IMG/VR virus record: IMGVR_UViG_3300031418_000001
DNA from: a virus
Lineage: Duplodnaviria; Heunggongvirae; Uroviricota; Caudoviricetes
Strand: one strand, 5' to 3'
Length of the DNA: 64,000 nucleotides
The position numbers and the translations under genes were made by a program. The notes below the pieces were generated by a model. The model was not told the origin of the DNA and ran no database searches. It worked only from the letters and a program-made list of their open reading frames with translations. Shown here in pieces: positions 1 through 8,772 of the stretch (positions are counted from its first letter, which is position 1; each line of letters begins with the position of its first letter).

Positions 1-45
1 CATCAAGCGGGGAACATTTCTACCGCTAACCAAGGGGATAGAAAA
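1..45 (+). promoter_or_regulatory. Truncated promoter-stem-loop leader cassette (copy 1; promoter lies upstream of the window)
   Basis: CATC, then an AGCGG..CCGCT stem, then GGGGA SD and ATG at 46; same layout as the copies at 378, 1082 and 1520. Confidence 0.55.
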
Positions 46-375
46 ATGGAAGTACAAGATATTAAAGATACTATGGATTACTTTAAATGTGTTTTCATCC
101 TGGAAGCACTGAAAGTGGATCTCACGCATAAGACTACTTGCGTTAAACATATGTCCAGTACTACTGACGCTTACAGGATGGAAAGCATCTATAAGCTGTA
201 TGTATACCCTGCTGCTATGTACCGTGAGTACTTGAATAATTACCTTACTATTAAGGTATTCGCGGAGCATTACAACTTTACCGAAAGCGTAGCACGGGAT
301 CTAATCAATGCAGGCTGTGAGATCCATGAACGGTATGTTAAGTACTATAAAATATTAAATGCTAAACCGCGTTAA
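46..375 (+). CDS. Hypothetical protein (early cassette)
   Basis: 109-aa ORF with GGGGA SD. Confidence 0.75.
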   Translation: MEVQDIKDTMDYFKCVFILEALKVDLTHKTTCVKHMSSTTDAYRMESIYKLYVYPAAMYREYLNNYLTIKVFAEHYNFTESVARDLINAGCEIHERYVKYYKILNAKPR

Positions 376-377
376 TA

Positions 378-461
378 GTACTTGTAATCTATCGCCTGTT
401 GTTATACATTAAGTACATCGAAAGGGGGAAATGATTTCCCCCTATATTGGGGAATAAAATT
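378..461 (+). promoter_or_regulatory. Early sigma70-like promoter plus stem-loop leader (copy 2)
   Basis: TTGTAA(382-387)-N17-TACATT(405-410), TACATCG, hairpin AGGGGGAAA-TGA-TTTCCCCCT (423-443), GGGGA SD, ATG at 462. Confidence 0.8.
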
Positions 462-890
462 ATGTTTAAATTTACTGTTGTTAATCTTGCTGGTACTACT
501 TACCTTACTACCAGGGAAGAAAGTTTAGTACGTGATCAGTTGGCTAAACGTGCGGTGGTTATGGGTGAAACACGATTCACCGCCGAAACCATCGAGATCC
601 CTGCAAGCTGGCTGCTTATGATTCATCATGGCTGGCAAGGTGGCACTATCCACCAGGTAGCGGAGGCAACTGGTTTAAGTACTTCAGAGATCCTTGATCT
701 TGATAAGGTACAGCGTGAAGATAGTAAACTTGATGGGATGAGCGATTTTACATTAGGTTTTCATGCCGGTCATCTGAAACCAGCAATGGATATTGTACGT
801 GATAAAAAACAGTACTGGCGTGGTGTATGCGAACATATCAGCCAGTATCGTTCAGAACATATCCTGAAAATGTATCAGGCTAATCATTAA
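462..890 (+). CDS. Hypothetical protein (early cassette)
   Basis: ORF 447..890; ATG 462 follows the SD; GC-richer than the bulk of the window. Confidence 0.8.
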   Translation: MFKFTVVNLAGTTYLTTREESLVRDQLAKRAVVMGETRFTAETIEIPASWLLMIHHGWQGGTIHQVAEATGLSTSEILDLDKVQREDSKLDGMSDFTLGFHAGHLKPAMDIVRDKKQYWRGVCEHISQYRSEHILKMYQANH

Positions 891-934
891 TAATATGGGG
901 GCGTAATGTCCCCTAAAACGTTCCAGGTGAAGCT

Positions 935-1069
935 ATGAAAACATTTAAGGTCAGTGTATATGCTGGTGGTTCTAAACGCTTAGAAACGCATACAGCCCCG
1001 TCATATTCAGTACTAAGCAACCGCTTACATAATCTTTTCCCGCCAGGTTATATCTGGAGTATTTTGTAA
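935..1069 (+). CDS. Small hypothetical protein (44 aa)
   Basis: Translated by hand: MKTFKVSVYAGG...IWSIL*; AGGTG SD; below the ORF-track cutoff. Confidence 0.5.
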   Translation: MKTFKVSVYAGGSKRLETHTAPSYSVLSNRLHNLFPPGYIWSIL

Positions 1070-1081
1070 ATTAGTATCGAA

Positions 1082-1165
1082 AGTACTTGCAATATATCTT
1101 TTAAACCTGTACATTAAGTACATCGAAAGGGGGAAATGATTTCCTCCTGTAATGGGGAATAAATT
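1082..1165 (+). promoter_or_regulatory. Early promoter plus stem-loop leader (copy 3)
   Basis: TTGCAA(1087-1092)-N17-TACATT(1110-1115), AAGTACATCGAAAGGGGGAAATGATTTCCTCCT, GGGGA SD, ATG at 1166. Confidence 0.8.
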
Positions 1166-1360
1166 ATGTGCATCGAACAAATCAAAGCAATGGCTACACG
1201 TGTTGTTAATATGAAGTACTGCGATCTGTCTGACGCAATGGAATCAGTATGCGGTACATTCTCAGACAGTACAAAGGATTTACATAGCAGGGTATGGGAT
1301 GAAGTAGAAAACATTCTGTGCTGTGATTCTGACCCGTATTCTGTTGCGGATCGTATCTAA
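1166..1360 (+). CDS. Hypothetical protein (early cassette)
   Basis: 64-aa ORF directly after the cassette SD. Confidence 0.75.
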   Translation: MCIEQIKAMATRVVNMKYCDLSDAMESVCGTFSDSTKDLHSRVWDEVENILCCDSDPYSVADRI

Positions 1361-1380
1361 TAAAAGTACTGAAATGATAT

Positions 1381-1418
1381 AGCCAGGGCTTGCAAAGTAC
1401 CTGGCTTTTTGTTATCTT
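1381..1418 (+). promoter_or_regulatory. Terminator hairpin overlapping a sigma70-like promoter
   Basis: AGCCAGG..CCTGGCT-TTTT stem; TTGCAA(1390-1395)-N17-TATCTT(1413-1418). Confidence 0.55.
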
Positions 1419-1519
1419 AACACTGACCCCGAGGGGTGTGGAGAAGTAGTTAGATAGTTAGCAGACTAATAGTTTCATATGAACTTAAGTACTTAATCTT
1501 TACAAAACTATATCGTGAA

Positions 1520-1607
1520 AGTACTTGTAATTAGTATTATAAAGCGTATACTTTATTACATCGAGAGGGGGAAAATGGTTTCCTCCTGGTATCTGAGGGG
1601 ATACATC
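1520..1607 (+). promoter_or_regulatory. Early promoter plus stem-loop leader (copy 4)
   Basis: TTGTAA(1525-1530)-N16-TATACT(1547-1552), TACATCGAGAGGGGGAAAATGGTTTCCTCCT, GGGGA SD, ATG at 1608. Confidence 0.75.
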
Positions 1608-1943
1608 ATGGCTACTCAATCATCTTACACCACCGTTAAAGTTTCTCGTTTCGGTTTCTCTGTACTGGCTGTTACTCTTGACAGGGTAAACACTCAGGAA
1701 GTTAAGCAGGTTGCTTGTTCTCTTATTGCTTCAGTAACTGAAGCTAATGAGGATAAAGAGTATATCGAAAGTAAGTGGGATTCATCTATCAAGGATGAAA
1801 ACAAATACGTTTCATTTGCGGTCGATGCTGGTGGATCATACCAGGATGATTACATGGTATCTATCCAGCACTTCGACATTACCGAGCAGCAGCGTATCAA
1901 TGCTGTGCGGGCTGATGCTGATGTAAGCCTGATGTTCTTATAA
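1608..1943 (+). CDS. Hypothetical protein (early cassette)
   Basis: In-frame ATG 1608 after the SD; the longer ORF 1515.. would run through the promoter. Confidence 0.75.
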   Translation: MATQSSYTTVKVSRFGFSVLAVTLDRVNTQEVKQVACSLIASVTEANEDKEYIESKWDSSIKDENKYVSFAVDAGGSYQDDYMVSIQHFDITEQQRINAVRADADVSLMFL

Positions 1944-2024
1944 TCAGTACTGATAGTGCTTGCACTATATCAAGGCCACTGGCATAATGCTGGTGGCCTT
2001 TGTCTATCTATATGGAGTTACCCT

Positions 2025-2231
2025 ATGTCTTATACTGTCTATCACTTGCTGGGTCATATGCATTGCGTATGTGCTAACACTAATGAAGTACTGAAGGAAG
2101 TACTAACACTTATCCCTATTGGTAACGTCAAGCAGCGTAAGCTACTGGCTACGCTGGGGCGGCTGGCTGCTGGTGGCTACGCTGACGTAGAGCATGACGG
2201 GTGCTGTGTACTTATTAAGCGTACCAAATAA
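2025..2231 (+). CDS. Hypothetical protein
   Basis: GGAG SD then ATG 2025 within ORF 1956..2231. Confidence 0.65.
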   Translation: MSYTVYHLLGHMHCVCANTNEVLKEVLTLIPIGNVKQRKLLATLGRLAAGGYADVEHDGCCVLIKRTK

Positions 2232-2338
2232 CTAATAGTGAATTTTTGGTAAGTACAGTTAAAATTTAGCTTAGTTAAAAAATGAAGTACTTTTTATTTG
2301 TTAAGGTAATCCCTTGACATTTCCTTACACAAAATAAG

Positions 2339-2578
2339 TTGACTGTACCAAATATATTTGCTTACCAAGGGCGGGTTCTGCTTAGCCGCTTATATTTGTG
2401 GGTTAAAGTACTTTATATTCTGGAAAATATTCTGTACTACATAATGTACTACATTCTGCGTACTATAGAGTATTCTATTCTGGTAAACATTCTGTACTTC
2501 ATTCTATATAACATTCTGGTAAACATTCTGTACTTTATTGTTCGGGGCATAAAACATGAAACATTTTGCAGCACATGA
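2339..2578 (+). CDS. Doubtful ORF spanning the 12-bp repeat (hydrophobic ILxx-repeat peptide)
   Basis: 79-aa ORF with TTG start and no clear SD. Confidence 0.2.
   Translation: MTVPNIFAYQGRVLLSRLYLWVKVLYILENILYYIMYYILRTIEYSILVNILYFILYNILVNILYFIVRGIKHETFCST
2417..2536. repeat. Degenerate tandem repeat, ten 12-bp units, consensus ATTCTG-TAC/GTA-xxx
   Basis: ATTCTGGAAAAT ATTCTGTACTAC ATAATGTACTAC ATTCTGCGTACT ATAGAGTATTCT ATTCTGGTAAAC ATTCTGTACTTC ATTCTATATAAC ATTCTGGTAAAC ATTCTGTACTTT; no indels. Confidence 0.9.
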
Positions 2579-3092
2579 TGGTATAAAAGAGTTCTTAAAA
2601 ATTTTTCGCTCCACAAAGTTTGAAAGAGCAGACTGTTGGTACAGAATACGTGGTACTAACGTAGCAATGTGTCATCAACGTATTGAGTACGGTTTTCGCA
2701 ACTTAGGTATGTACATTGTACAACCACAACACTTACATACTAACAGAGTACTTAATAATATTGTATATGTACAACCTATGGGTGAAGTACCTGTTACCGC
2801 CTTATACGACACTGAGTACTATATTGTAACTGAGAATAATAGAAAAATACATCACTTTAAAAGAAAAGATTATCCTACATTCAGTGCTGATGATGTTTTC
2901 AATCTTAGTACATTAGGAAAGTACAGTACAGATTCTTTAAATTCTTTATTACTTCTTTCTCACATTCTGGAAGAATATAATCTTGATTCTGTAGAATTAC
3001 GTCCTGAAACATTACTTTCTATAGTACAGGATCATCCTGAAGTACTGTGTTCGCCGTGGGAACTTGAAGAATATGAAGACTATGATAACTGA
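2556..3092 (+). CDS. Paralog family A protein (hypothetical)
   Basis: C-terminal motif SADDVFNLSTLGKY. Confidence 0.75.
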   Translation: MKHFAAHDGIKEFLKIFRSTKFERADCWYRIRGTNVAMCHQRIEYGFRNLGMYIVQPQHLHTNRVLNNIVYVQPMGEVPVTALYDTEYYIVTENNRKIHHFKRKDYPTFSADDVFNLSTLGKYSTDSLNSLLLLSHILEEYNLDSVELRPETLLSIVQDHPEVLCSPWELEEYEDYDN

Positions 3093-3546
3093 CAAATTGG
3101 GTACATTATTACCTGAAGATTATAAGAACAAGATAGATCTACTGTGTACGCGGATTATTGAGCACTACGAGGATGGAAAAAATTTTCGCTCTGGTATGAT
3201 GGAGGTAATGTTTAACGATGCAGGTAAATTCAGTGTATGGCGTCGAAGTAAGCCAATACTGTTCTACAAGAAGGACACTGATAAACCTGAACTGCTTACC
3301 GAATATTATTATAGCGTTACTGAACTACATAATGAAATATTTTACTTTTATATTGATTACAATATGGTAACAATGTGTACGCGGGATTTTGATGATAAAG
3401 ATTTTATATTCAATATATCTGTAACTTACAGTACTGACATTATATGTTCAATGTATATGATGATGATGCTCTTAAACATACACTACGGCAATATGCTACT
3501 GGACAGAGATTATATGTCAGCCTTTCTTCGGAGTGATAATGAATAA
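3082..3546 (+). CDS. Paralog family A protein (hypothetical)
   Basis: Motif DKDFIFNISVTYSTD; 11-nt overlap with the previous gene. Confidence 0.7.
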   Translation: MITDKLGTLLPEDYKNKIDLLCTRIIEHYEDGKNFRSGMMEVMFNDAGKFSVWRRSKPILFYKKDTDKPELLTEYYYSVTELHNEIFYFYIDYNMVTMCTRDFDDKDFIFNISVTYSTDIICSMYMMMMLLNIHYGNMLLDRDYMSAFLRSDNE

Positions 3547-4012
3547 TATAGAACTTACACGACTTCATAATAATGAACTGGCATTATTTGCTCATTCATT
3601 ATTTCATTCTTTGCATGATAGAAAAGAAATTGAGAAGTACGTTATTAAGAGGTGGGGAGGAACATTACGGTATGTTGCCCCGCCTGATGGCATGACATTA
3701 CTTGGAACAGTTGAGCAACATAATCCGTCCCTGGGATTGTATGCACTTTCTGGAAGACCGGAATACTGTTACATCACTTATGAAGAGTCTTTGTACTTAG
3801 ATAAAAACTATAAACATTCTGACTTTAATATAAGTGAAGATTTCTTTTCTATGAGTACTATGTATGATATGCAGGTACTCAAGGTACTCTATTTTTCTGA
3901 ATACATTAAGAAAGAATTAACCAAAGATAAAGAACAAATGGTACTGATTAATATTGTCATGATTGAAAATTATTATCAGTACTTAATGACGGAGTACGGG
4001 AATGCTTACTGA
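3539..4012 (+). CDS. Paralog family A protein (hypothetical)
   Basis: Motif ISEDFFSMSTMYDM. Confidence 0.7.
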   Translation: MNNIELTRLHNNELALFAHSLFHSLHDRKEIEKYVIKRWGGTLRYVAPPDGMTLLGTVEQHNPSLGLYALSGRPEYCYITYEESLYLDKNYKHSDFNISEDFFSMSTMYDMQVLKVLYFSEYIKKELTKDKEQMVLINIVMIENYYQYLMTEYGNAY

Positions 4013-4433
4013 AAAAAGAAAAGAAGGGCTAACTATCCTTGGAAATTACATGAGGTCTGTTACCATTGCTTTAATTAATAATGTACAAATTGACGGGCTT
4101 GAATTTGAACAAACTCGTGGTGCAGTATCATACAAACATAATTCAAACTACGTGATTACTATGACAACAAACATCACGGAAGAGTTTCAAAGTAATTTAA
4201 GCGTTGTGTATTGTTTCTTTAACAATAAGAATATAATTTTAAACAAGATAGAATACCCTCGTAGCCCCGATGAGGATTTTTTCGCTCTGAGTACTGTACT
4301 TGAGAAGTTATATTTTGAGCGTTTATTTGTCATGTCATTTCTTCACGACATTGTTTTGGAGAGTGATGAACATTGTGTACTTATAGATGATTTTTGGTTG
4401 AGTACTTTTCTTGCTGGAGAACTGACGAAATGA
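4002..4433 (+). CDS. Paralog family A protein (hypothetical)
   Basis: Motif PDEDFFALSTVLEK. Confidence 0.7.
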   Translation: MLTEKRKEGLTILGNYMRSVTIALINNVQIDGLEFEQTRGAVSYKHNSNYVITMTTNITEEFQSNLSVVYCFFNNKNIILNKIEYPRSPDEDFFALSTVLEKLYFERLFVMSFLHDIVLESDEHCVLIDDFWLSTFLAGELTK

Positions 4434-4951
4434 ATATAGAAGTTTTTAATGAACTACATAAGTACCTACTGAATGTAATTCCTGATTTCTATATTAAGCA
4501 CGGGGAATTAGGATGTTCAAAATTCGTAGATCATGAATTCACATTGATGGATATTAATTTTAAAGTTAGGTGTGATGTACTAAATGAAACACAGTTCTTT
4601 AGTGTTAATATGTTAAATGAGGGGAAAACAAAGTTTTGTAATTTAATTTCAATAGCTCATCATATAAAGATACAAAATAACTGTGGTCAGATAACGAGTA
4701 ATGAAAAAGAAGTACTACCTGAAGTAGTTACTTGTAGTAGTATGGCAAGATTATATCGGTACAACAATAAAATCATTTTTAATCGTGAAGTACAAGATGT
4801 TCCAGAAATTACAAAGGATGTTATCTTTAATTTGAGTACTTATCTGGATGATACAAAACTGGAGGCTTATAAGTTCATGACTTATATCAGTACTCCATTT
4901 AACTATATCTATATTAACTTAGAACACAATACTGAGTGGTACGCAACATGA
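4430..4951 (+). CDS. Paralog family A protein (hypothetical)
   Basis: Motif ITKDVIFNLSTYLDD; ATGA overlap. Confidence 0.75.
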   Translation: MNIEVFNELHKYLLNVIPDFYIKHGELGCSKFVDHEFTLMDINFKVRCDVLNETQFFSVNMLNEGKTKFCNLISIAHHIKIQNNCGQITSNEKEVLPEVVTCSSMARLYRYNNKIIFNREVQDVPEITKDVIFNLSTYLDDTKLEAYKFMTYISTPFNYIYINLEHNTEWYAT

Positions 4952-5409
4952 ATGAAGATATGGAACCTGTAATACAGTTATTACAAGAAATGATTGATGA
5001 AATCTATGTTTATGGGAAGATTGAAGATTTAGCGAACAAGTATAATTGCAGAATTGATCTTGATTCTTATCCTTCAACTGATACATACAGAGTTGTATCC
5101 ATATATGGCTCTGTTATTGGTATTCGTTTTGTGGATACTATAGATGATCCCAAATTCACAAGAGGGATGACGGTATCTCATGATTACACAGCAATGTTTT
5201 CAGGCCAGGATTACATACGTTATACGAGTGAACATGTATTTGAAAACATTGATATTCAGACTGATTTATTTGCACTGAGTACAGTACTTGATAATACTGC
5301 AATTCAAGAGTTGTATGTGCTAAGTAAATTAATTAACCATGAGAAGTATTATGCTATTAGCTTATACAAAAATACAATAAAAATGTGTAATAAGATTCTA
5401 AAAAGATGA
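4948..5409 (+). CDS. Paralog family A protein (hypothetical)
   Basis: Motif IQTDLFALSTVLDN; ATGA overlap. Confidence 0.7.
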   Translation: MNEDMEPVIQLLQEMIDEIYVYGKIEDLANKYNCRIDLDSYPSTDTYRVVSIYGSVIGIRFVDTIDDPKFTRGMTVSHDYTAMFSGQDYIRYTSEHVFENIDIQTDLFALSTVLDNTAIQELYVLSKLINHEKYYAISLYKNTIKMCNKILKR

Positions 5410-5912
5410 TAAATTTTGACAAGAAAGTACTTAAACTCTTTAATGCGTTTTGTGTCATTTACGATGCTGATATTTCTGGTTGTACTGAAGGTTACGGTAT
5501 GATGTTTATGAATGTTAATAACGTTCTTTACAAATGGGAAAACTTCTATACTGGAATTAATAATGATTTTAATCCATGTAGTTTCGTTCCTAATACAGTC
5601 AGCACTAATCATAGTACGTCACGTCTTTCGTGGCTTAACAATCATGCGAAGTTCATTAATGATAATATGAGAAACCGTGTGTACATAATCAATAATGTAA
5701 TGTACTATTATGATAATAATATTGTTTGTCACCAAATTGATATTAAAGAATTCAGTACTGATGATTATTTTAATTTACAGTTCATATTAAATGACAGACA
5801 ACTGATTTCTTTTCAGTTAGGGTATCTTATATATCAGAAGTTCAGTAGAAATTTCTTTCTATCATCAACTTCTGTAGAAAAATGTATTCAGGAAAATTTT
5901 AATGAATATTAA
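5406..5912 (+). CDS. Paralog family A protein (hypothetical)
   Basis: Motif FSTDDYFNLQFILND. Confidence 0.75.
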   Translation: MINFDKKVLKLFNAFCVIYDADISGCTEGYGMMFMNVNNVLYKWENFYTGINNDFNPCSFVPNTVSTNHSTSRLSWLNNHAKFINDNMRNRVYIINNVMYYYDNNIVCHQIDIKEFSTDDYFNLQFILNDRQLISFQLGYLIYQKFSRNFFLSSTSVEKCIQENFNEY

Positions 5913-6456
5913 AGAAGTATACGATGAAGTACAGATTATTGTTCCTGATATTGAAAAGATAATGAAATCATTAACACATTGCGTTAATCATGTTAAGCAT
6001 GAATTTTCATTTGGTAATGGTCGTGTCAATATTAGGGCAATCAATGAGATTGGATTAATTCACTACTACGATAATGAATCTGAACTTACTTATAGTATTG
6101 GTACTTATGGTGTAAACAGTACTCATATCGTTTTAGCTCAGTCTATTAGTGATAATTCTGAATGGTACGTTCAGTCCAAGAAGATCTTTGGCACTGACGA
6201 ATACATGCTAACTGAAAAATTTCTTCATTTAAAAAAGGATGAGTACTTTAATTACTTATTAGGTACTTCAGAAGTAAATCTGAAATACATCATAGGATGT
6301 GCTATAATACTAAAAAAATGGGATTACCCTGTTGATAATGTCATCACATTAGATGCTGAACGAATTGACTCGTTGGGCTTGCATTCACTCGCATGTGCAT
6401 TAGATAAACAAACAAAGAGAATTATAAATGAAAATATCTTCAGTGAAGACATTTAA
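5902..6456 (+). CDS. Paralog family A protein (hypothetical)
   Basis: Motif LKKDEYFNYLLG. Confidence 0.7.
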   Translation: MNIKEVYDEVQIIVPDIEKIMKSLTHCVNHVKHEFSFGNGRVNIRAINEIGLIHYYDNESELTYSIGTYGVNSTHIVLAQSISDNSEWYVQSKKIFGTDEYMLTEKFLHLKKDEYFNYLLGTSEVNLKYIIGCAIILKKWDYPVDNVITLDAERIDSLGLHSLACALDKQTKRIINENIFSEDI

Positions 6457-6841
6457 AAGTAAGGTTCTGGAAGCTGTTCAATTGATTTATGATGCATCAA
6501 TTAAACCAAAGGCACATGATAAGTACAAACAAATGGGAATTCAAGTACACCGCTATGATCGTTATAAACGTCATAGAGGAAATATAGAGACATGTAAAGT
6601 ATTGTTCTTTTATAACAATGGACAGTCATGTTTTTGCTGTAACGGTAATGATTTAAATTTATCAGAAATTGATAAAGGAACATTTTTCAATGCAAGAATA
6701 ATGGATCAAAGTTTTAGAAGAATGTACATGGAGTGTGTAGCAACTGAACTGAATAAAAGGTTCAATTATAAACAAAGATATGAACAGGAATATATGGTTT
6801 ATATTGATGAATTACTAAAGTACTTGAAGATTAGTTTATGA
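6428..6841 (+). CDS. Paralog family A protein (hypothetical)
   Basis: Motif IDKGTFFNARIMD. Confidence 0.65.
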   Translation: MKISSVKTFKSKVLEAVQLIYDASIKPKAHDKYKQMGIQVHRYDRYKRHRGNIETCKVLFFYNNGQSCFCCNGNDLNLSEIDKGTFFNARIMDQSFRRMYMECVATELNKRFNYKQRYEQEYMVYIDELLKYLKISL

Positions 6842-7335
6842 AGACAAAATTAACTGATGTTAAACATATCAATAAGATTTCTAAGAAAATGGATGATTTA
6901 ATAATGTACGCTGTTAAGTACATTCATCGTGAATCCATGCGTAGAATAAAACATAACAACACAAAAAAGTTGTACTTTTATAAGAATCATAAAGATCCTT
7001 CAATAATTATGGCTCAGTACGGTTGTAATACTCTGTTCAGCTTTAGCTATCTTAAAGTATATACTCCAGCTTATTCCACAAAAACAATAACCATAGGTGA
7101 TCATTGCATGGACTTAAAGGAATATGATAAGAGTGATATTTTTAGTTTAAGTACTTTATATGATATTGAACTTTTGAAATGGTTACAGGTTGGTTGTAAA
7201 ATGAAAGAATCTCATCTTAGAAATATATCTATTCTGAATTCAATATCAGAGCAATTAGTGAATGAAGCACATTCAGCTTATCAAACACAGTACCATGAAA
7301 TTGACAAAGAAAAGTTTCATATATATCAGGGATAA
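6838..7335 (+). CDS. Paralog family A protein (hypothetical)
   Basis: Motif YDKSDIFSLSTLYDI. Confidence 0.75.
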   Translation: MKTKLTDVKHINKISKKMDDLIMYAVKYIHRESMRRIKHNNTKKLYFYKNHKDPSIIMAQYGCNTLFSFSYLKVYTPAYSTKTITIGDHCMDLKEYDKSDIFSLSTLYDIELLKWLQVGCKMKESHLRNISILNSISEQLVNEAHSAYQTQYHEIDKEKFHIYQG

Positions 7336-7338
7336 CAA

Positions 7339-7791
7339 ATGATTTTAACAAGACAAGAATTTAAACTGATCAAGAAGATGCAGAAAATAATTGATTTTTC
7401 TATTGATTATATGAGAAGTGATTACGTAAGAGTAAGGAAACATAATCACAGAAGAAAAATTGCAGTGTATACCGGATACCGAGAAGAAATAAAACTCACA
7501 TTCGGTGAAAATAATATTGCACTAATTAAACCTGATAAACCAAAGGAACATGCAATCTGGCTGAAAGGTGAGAAATATGAACTTCGTGATTATGAAGAAG
7601 ATGAAATATTCAATATGAGAACGTTGTTAAGTAATAATGAAATTACCGCAATTAAGGTTTACAGTAGACTTAATTTTCATGGGAAAACAGCAGGATTCTA
7701 TACCACTGATTATGAACTAATTTGTGATGCCGCTGCTGCTATTGACCAACAGTTCAGAAAATACGACAGGAGTTCATTTGAGTACTCATAG
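7339..7791 (+). CDS. Paralog family A protein (hypothetical)
   Basis: Motif YEEDEIFNMRTLLS. Confidence 0.7.
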   Translation: MILTRQEFKLIKKMQKIIDFSIDYMRSDYVRVRKHNHRRKIAVYTGYREEIKLTFGENNIALIKPDKPKEHAIWLKGEKYELRDYEEDEIFNMRTLLSNNEITAIKVYSRLNFHGKTAGFYTTDYELICDAAAAIDQQFRKYDRSSFEYS

Positions 7792-7819
7792 AGTAAGAAG
7801 CCCACAATTATATACTGCG

Positions 7820-8224
7820 ATGTTGAAAGATTGTTATAGTATATTGCTTTCACTTAAAGAAGGTTATGAATTCAAACGTTCCATTAAAGGTCAGTGCTTT
7901 ATTTTTTACGGATACAAAGTACATATCAATCATGAGATCGTTGATTTCTATCGTTACGATGAAGTGTTTATGAGGTTACATTTTGGTAAGATGGATACCG
8001 AAATTCTGGTTAACACACGTACTTATCACTTTTCGGTGCAGTATGGTACTGCAATTGGTGAGTATAAAATGCCAATAAGTAAAGATGAACATTTTAATGT
8101 TATGTTGATGAAAGAAAGTTTTCCTGCATGGGAAGACATGGAGTACTTAAACAAGATATACCTCACCCTAAAGGATTTGGGCGTGGAGTACATGAATCTG
8201 AACAGTTCACGGTTCTACATTTAG
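7820..8224 (+). CDS. Paralog family A protein (hypothetical)
   Basis: Motif ISKDEHFNVMLM..WEDM; start uncertain. Confidence 0.7.
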   Translation: MLKDCYSILLSLKEGYEFKRSIKGQCFIFYGYKVHINHEIVDFYRYDEVFMRLHFGKMDTEILVNTRTYHFSVQYGTAIGEYKMPISKDEHFNVMLMKESFPAWEDMEYLNKIYLTLKDLGVEYMNLNSSRFYI

Positions 8225-8241
8225 GTAGCACTAAATACTTT

Positions 8242-8270
8242 TGAAACATATTTCAAACATGTGCTATACT
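8242..8270 (+). promoter_or_regulatory. TGAAAC-N17-TATACT promoter (copy 1)
   Basis: TGAAAC 8242-8247, ATGTGC-TATACT 8265-8270. Confidence 0.75.
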
Positions 8271-8295
8271 GTAAGTGATAGACCAAGGAGTTAAC

Positions 8296-8754
8296 ATGGA
8301 AGTTAAAGTTGTGGAAAAGAAGCAGGGTGCTGCAATTGATGTTATGACAGAACAGGGTTTTGAAATTCATGGCCTTATGTTCACCAATCATGAACTTATT
8401 CAGTGCTTGATGCTATGTTCAAGCTCCTGTGTCGAAAGTATATTCAACCCCTTTGTAAATGCGTTGATGATTACAATTGACCGTAAGGAAAAACATATTA
8501 TTTGTGCACCGATGACCTTTAATAAAACGTATTCACGTAAGTTGAAGAAAGATGATGGTGATGTAAAGGTTAACACATACATACAAGAAAATGAAAATAA
8601 AACATTACTACTATTAAGTACTGGATTTATTATGGATAACTTTGAACTTGTTCAGGGTGTACATGATTTTCTTATTGACGAAGACCAGCCTTTTGTATAT
8701 CTTGAAGCTACCGATATTGAAAGCCTGACAGTCAAAGACCCGCTCGTAATTTAA
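8296..8754 (+). CDS. Hypothetical protein
   Basis: AAGGAG SD, ATG 8296, just downstream of the promoter. Confidence 0.75.
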   Translation: MEVKVVEKKQGAAIDVMTEQGFEIHGLMFTNHELIQCLMLCSSSCVESIFNPFVNALMITIDRKEKHIICAPMTFNKTYSRKLKKDDGDVKVNTYIQENENKTLLLLSTGFIMDNFELVQGVHDFLIDEDQPFVYLEATDIESLTVKDPLVI

Positions 8755-8772
8755 TAAAGAAAGGAACTCCCA

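Noticed and set aside
1515-1607. N-terminal extension of ORF 1515..1943 (likewise 447 and 1956 starts)
   Set aside because: The extension runs through the promoter and stem-loop cassette; a downstream ATG has the proper SD.
2417-2536. CRISPR array
   Set aside because: Units are contiguous 12-mers with no unique spacers, and there are no cas genes.
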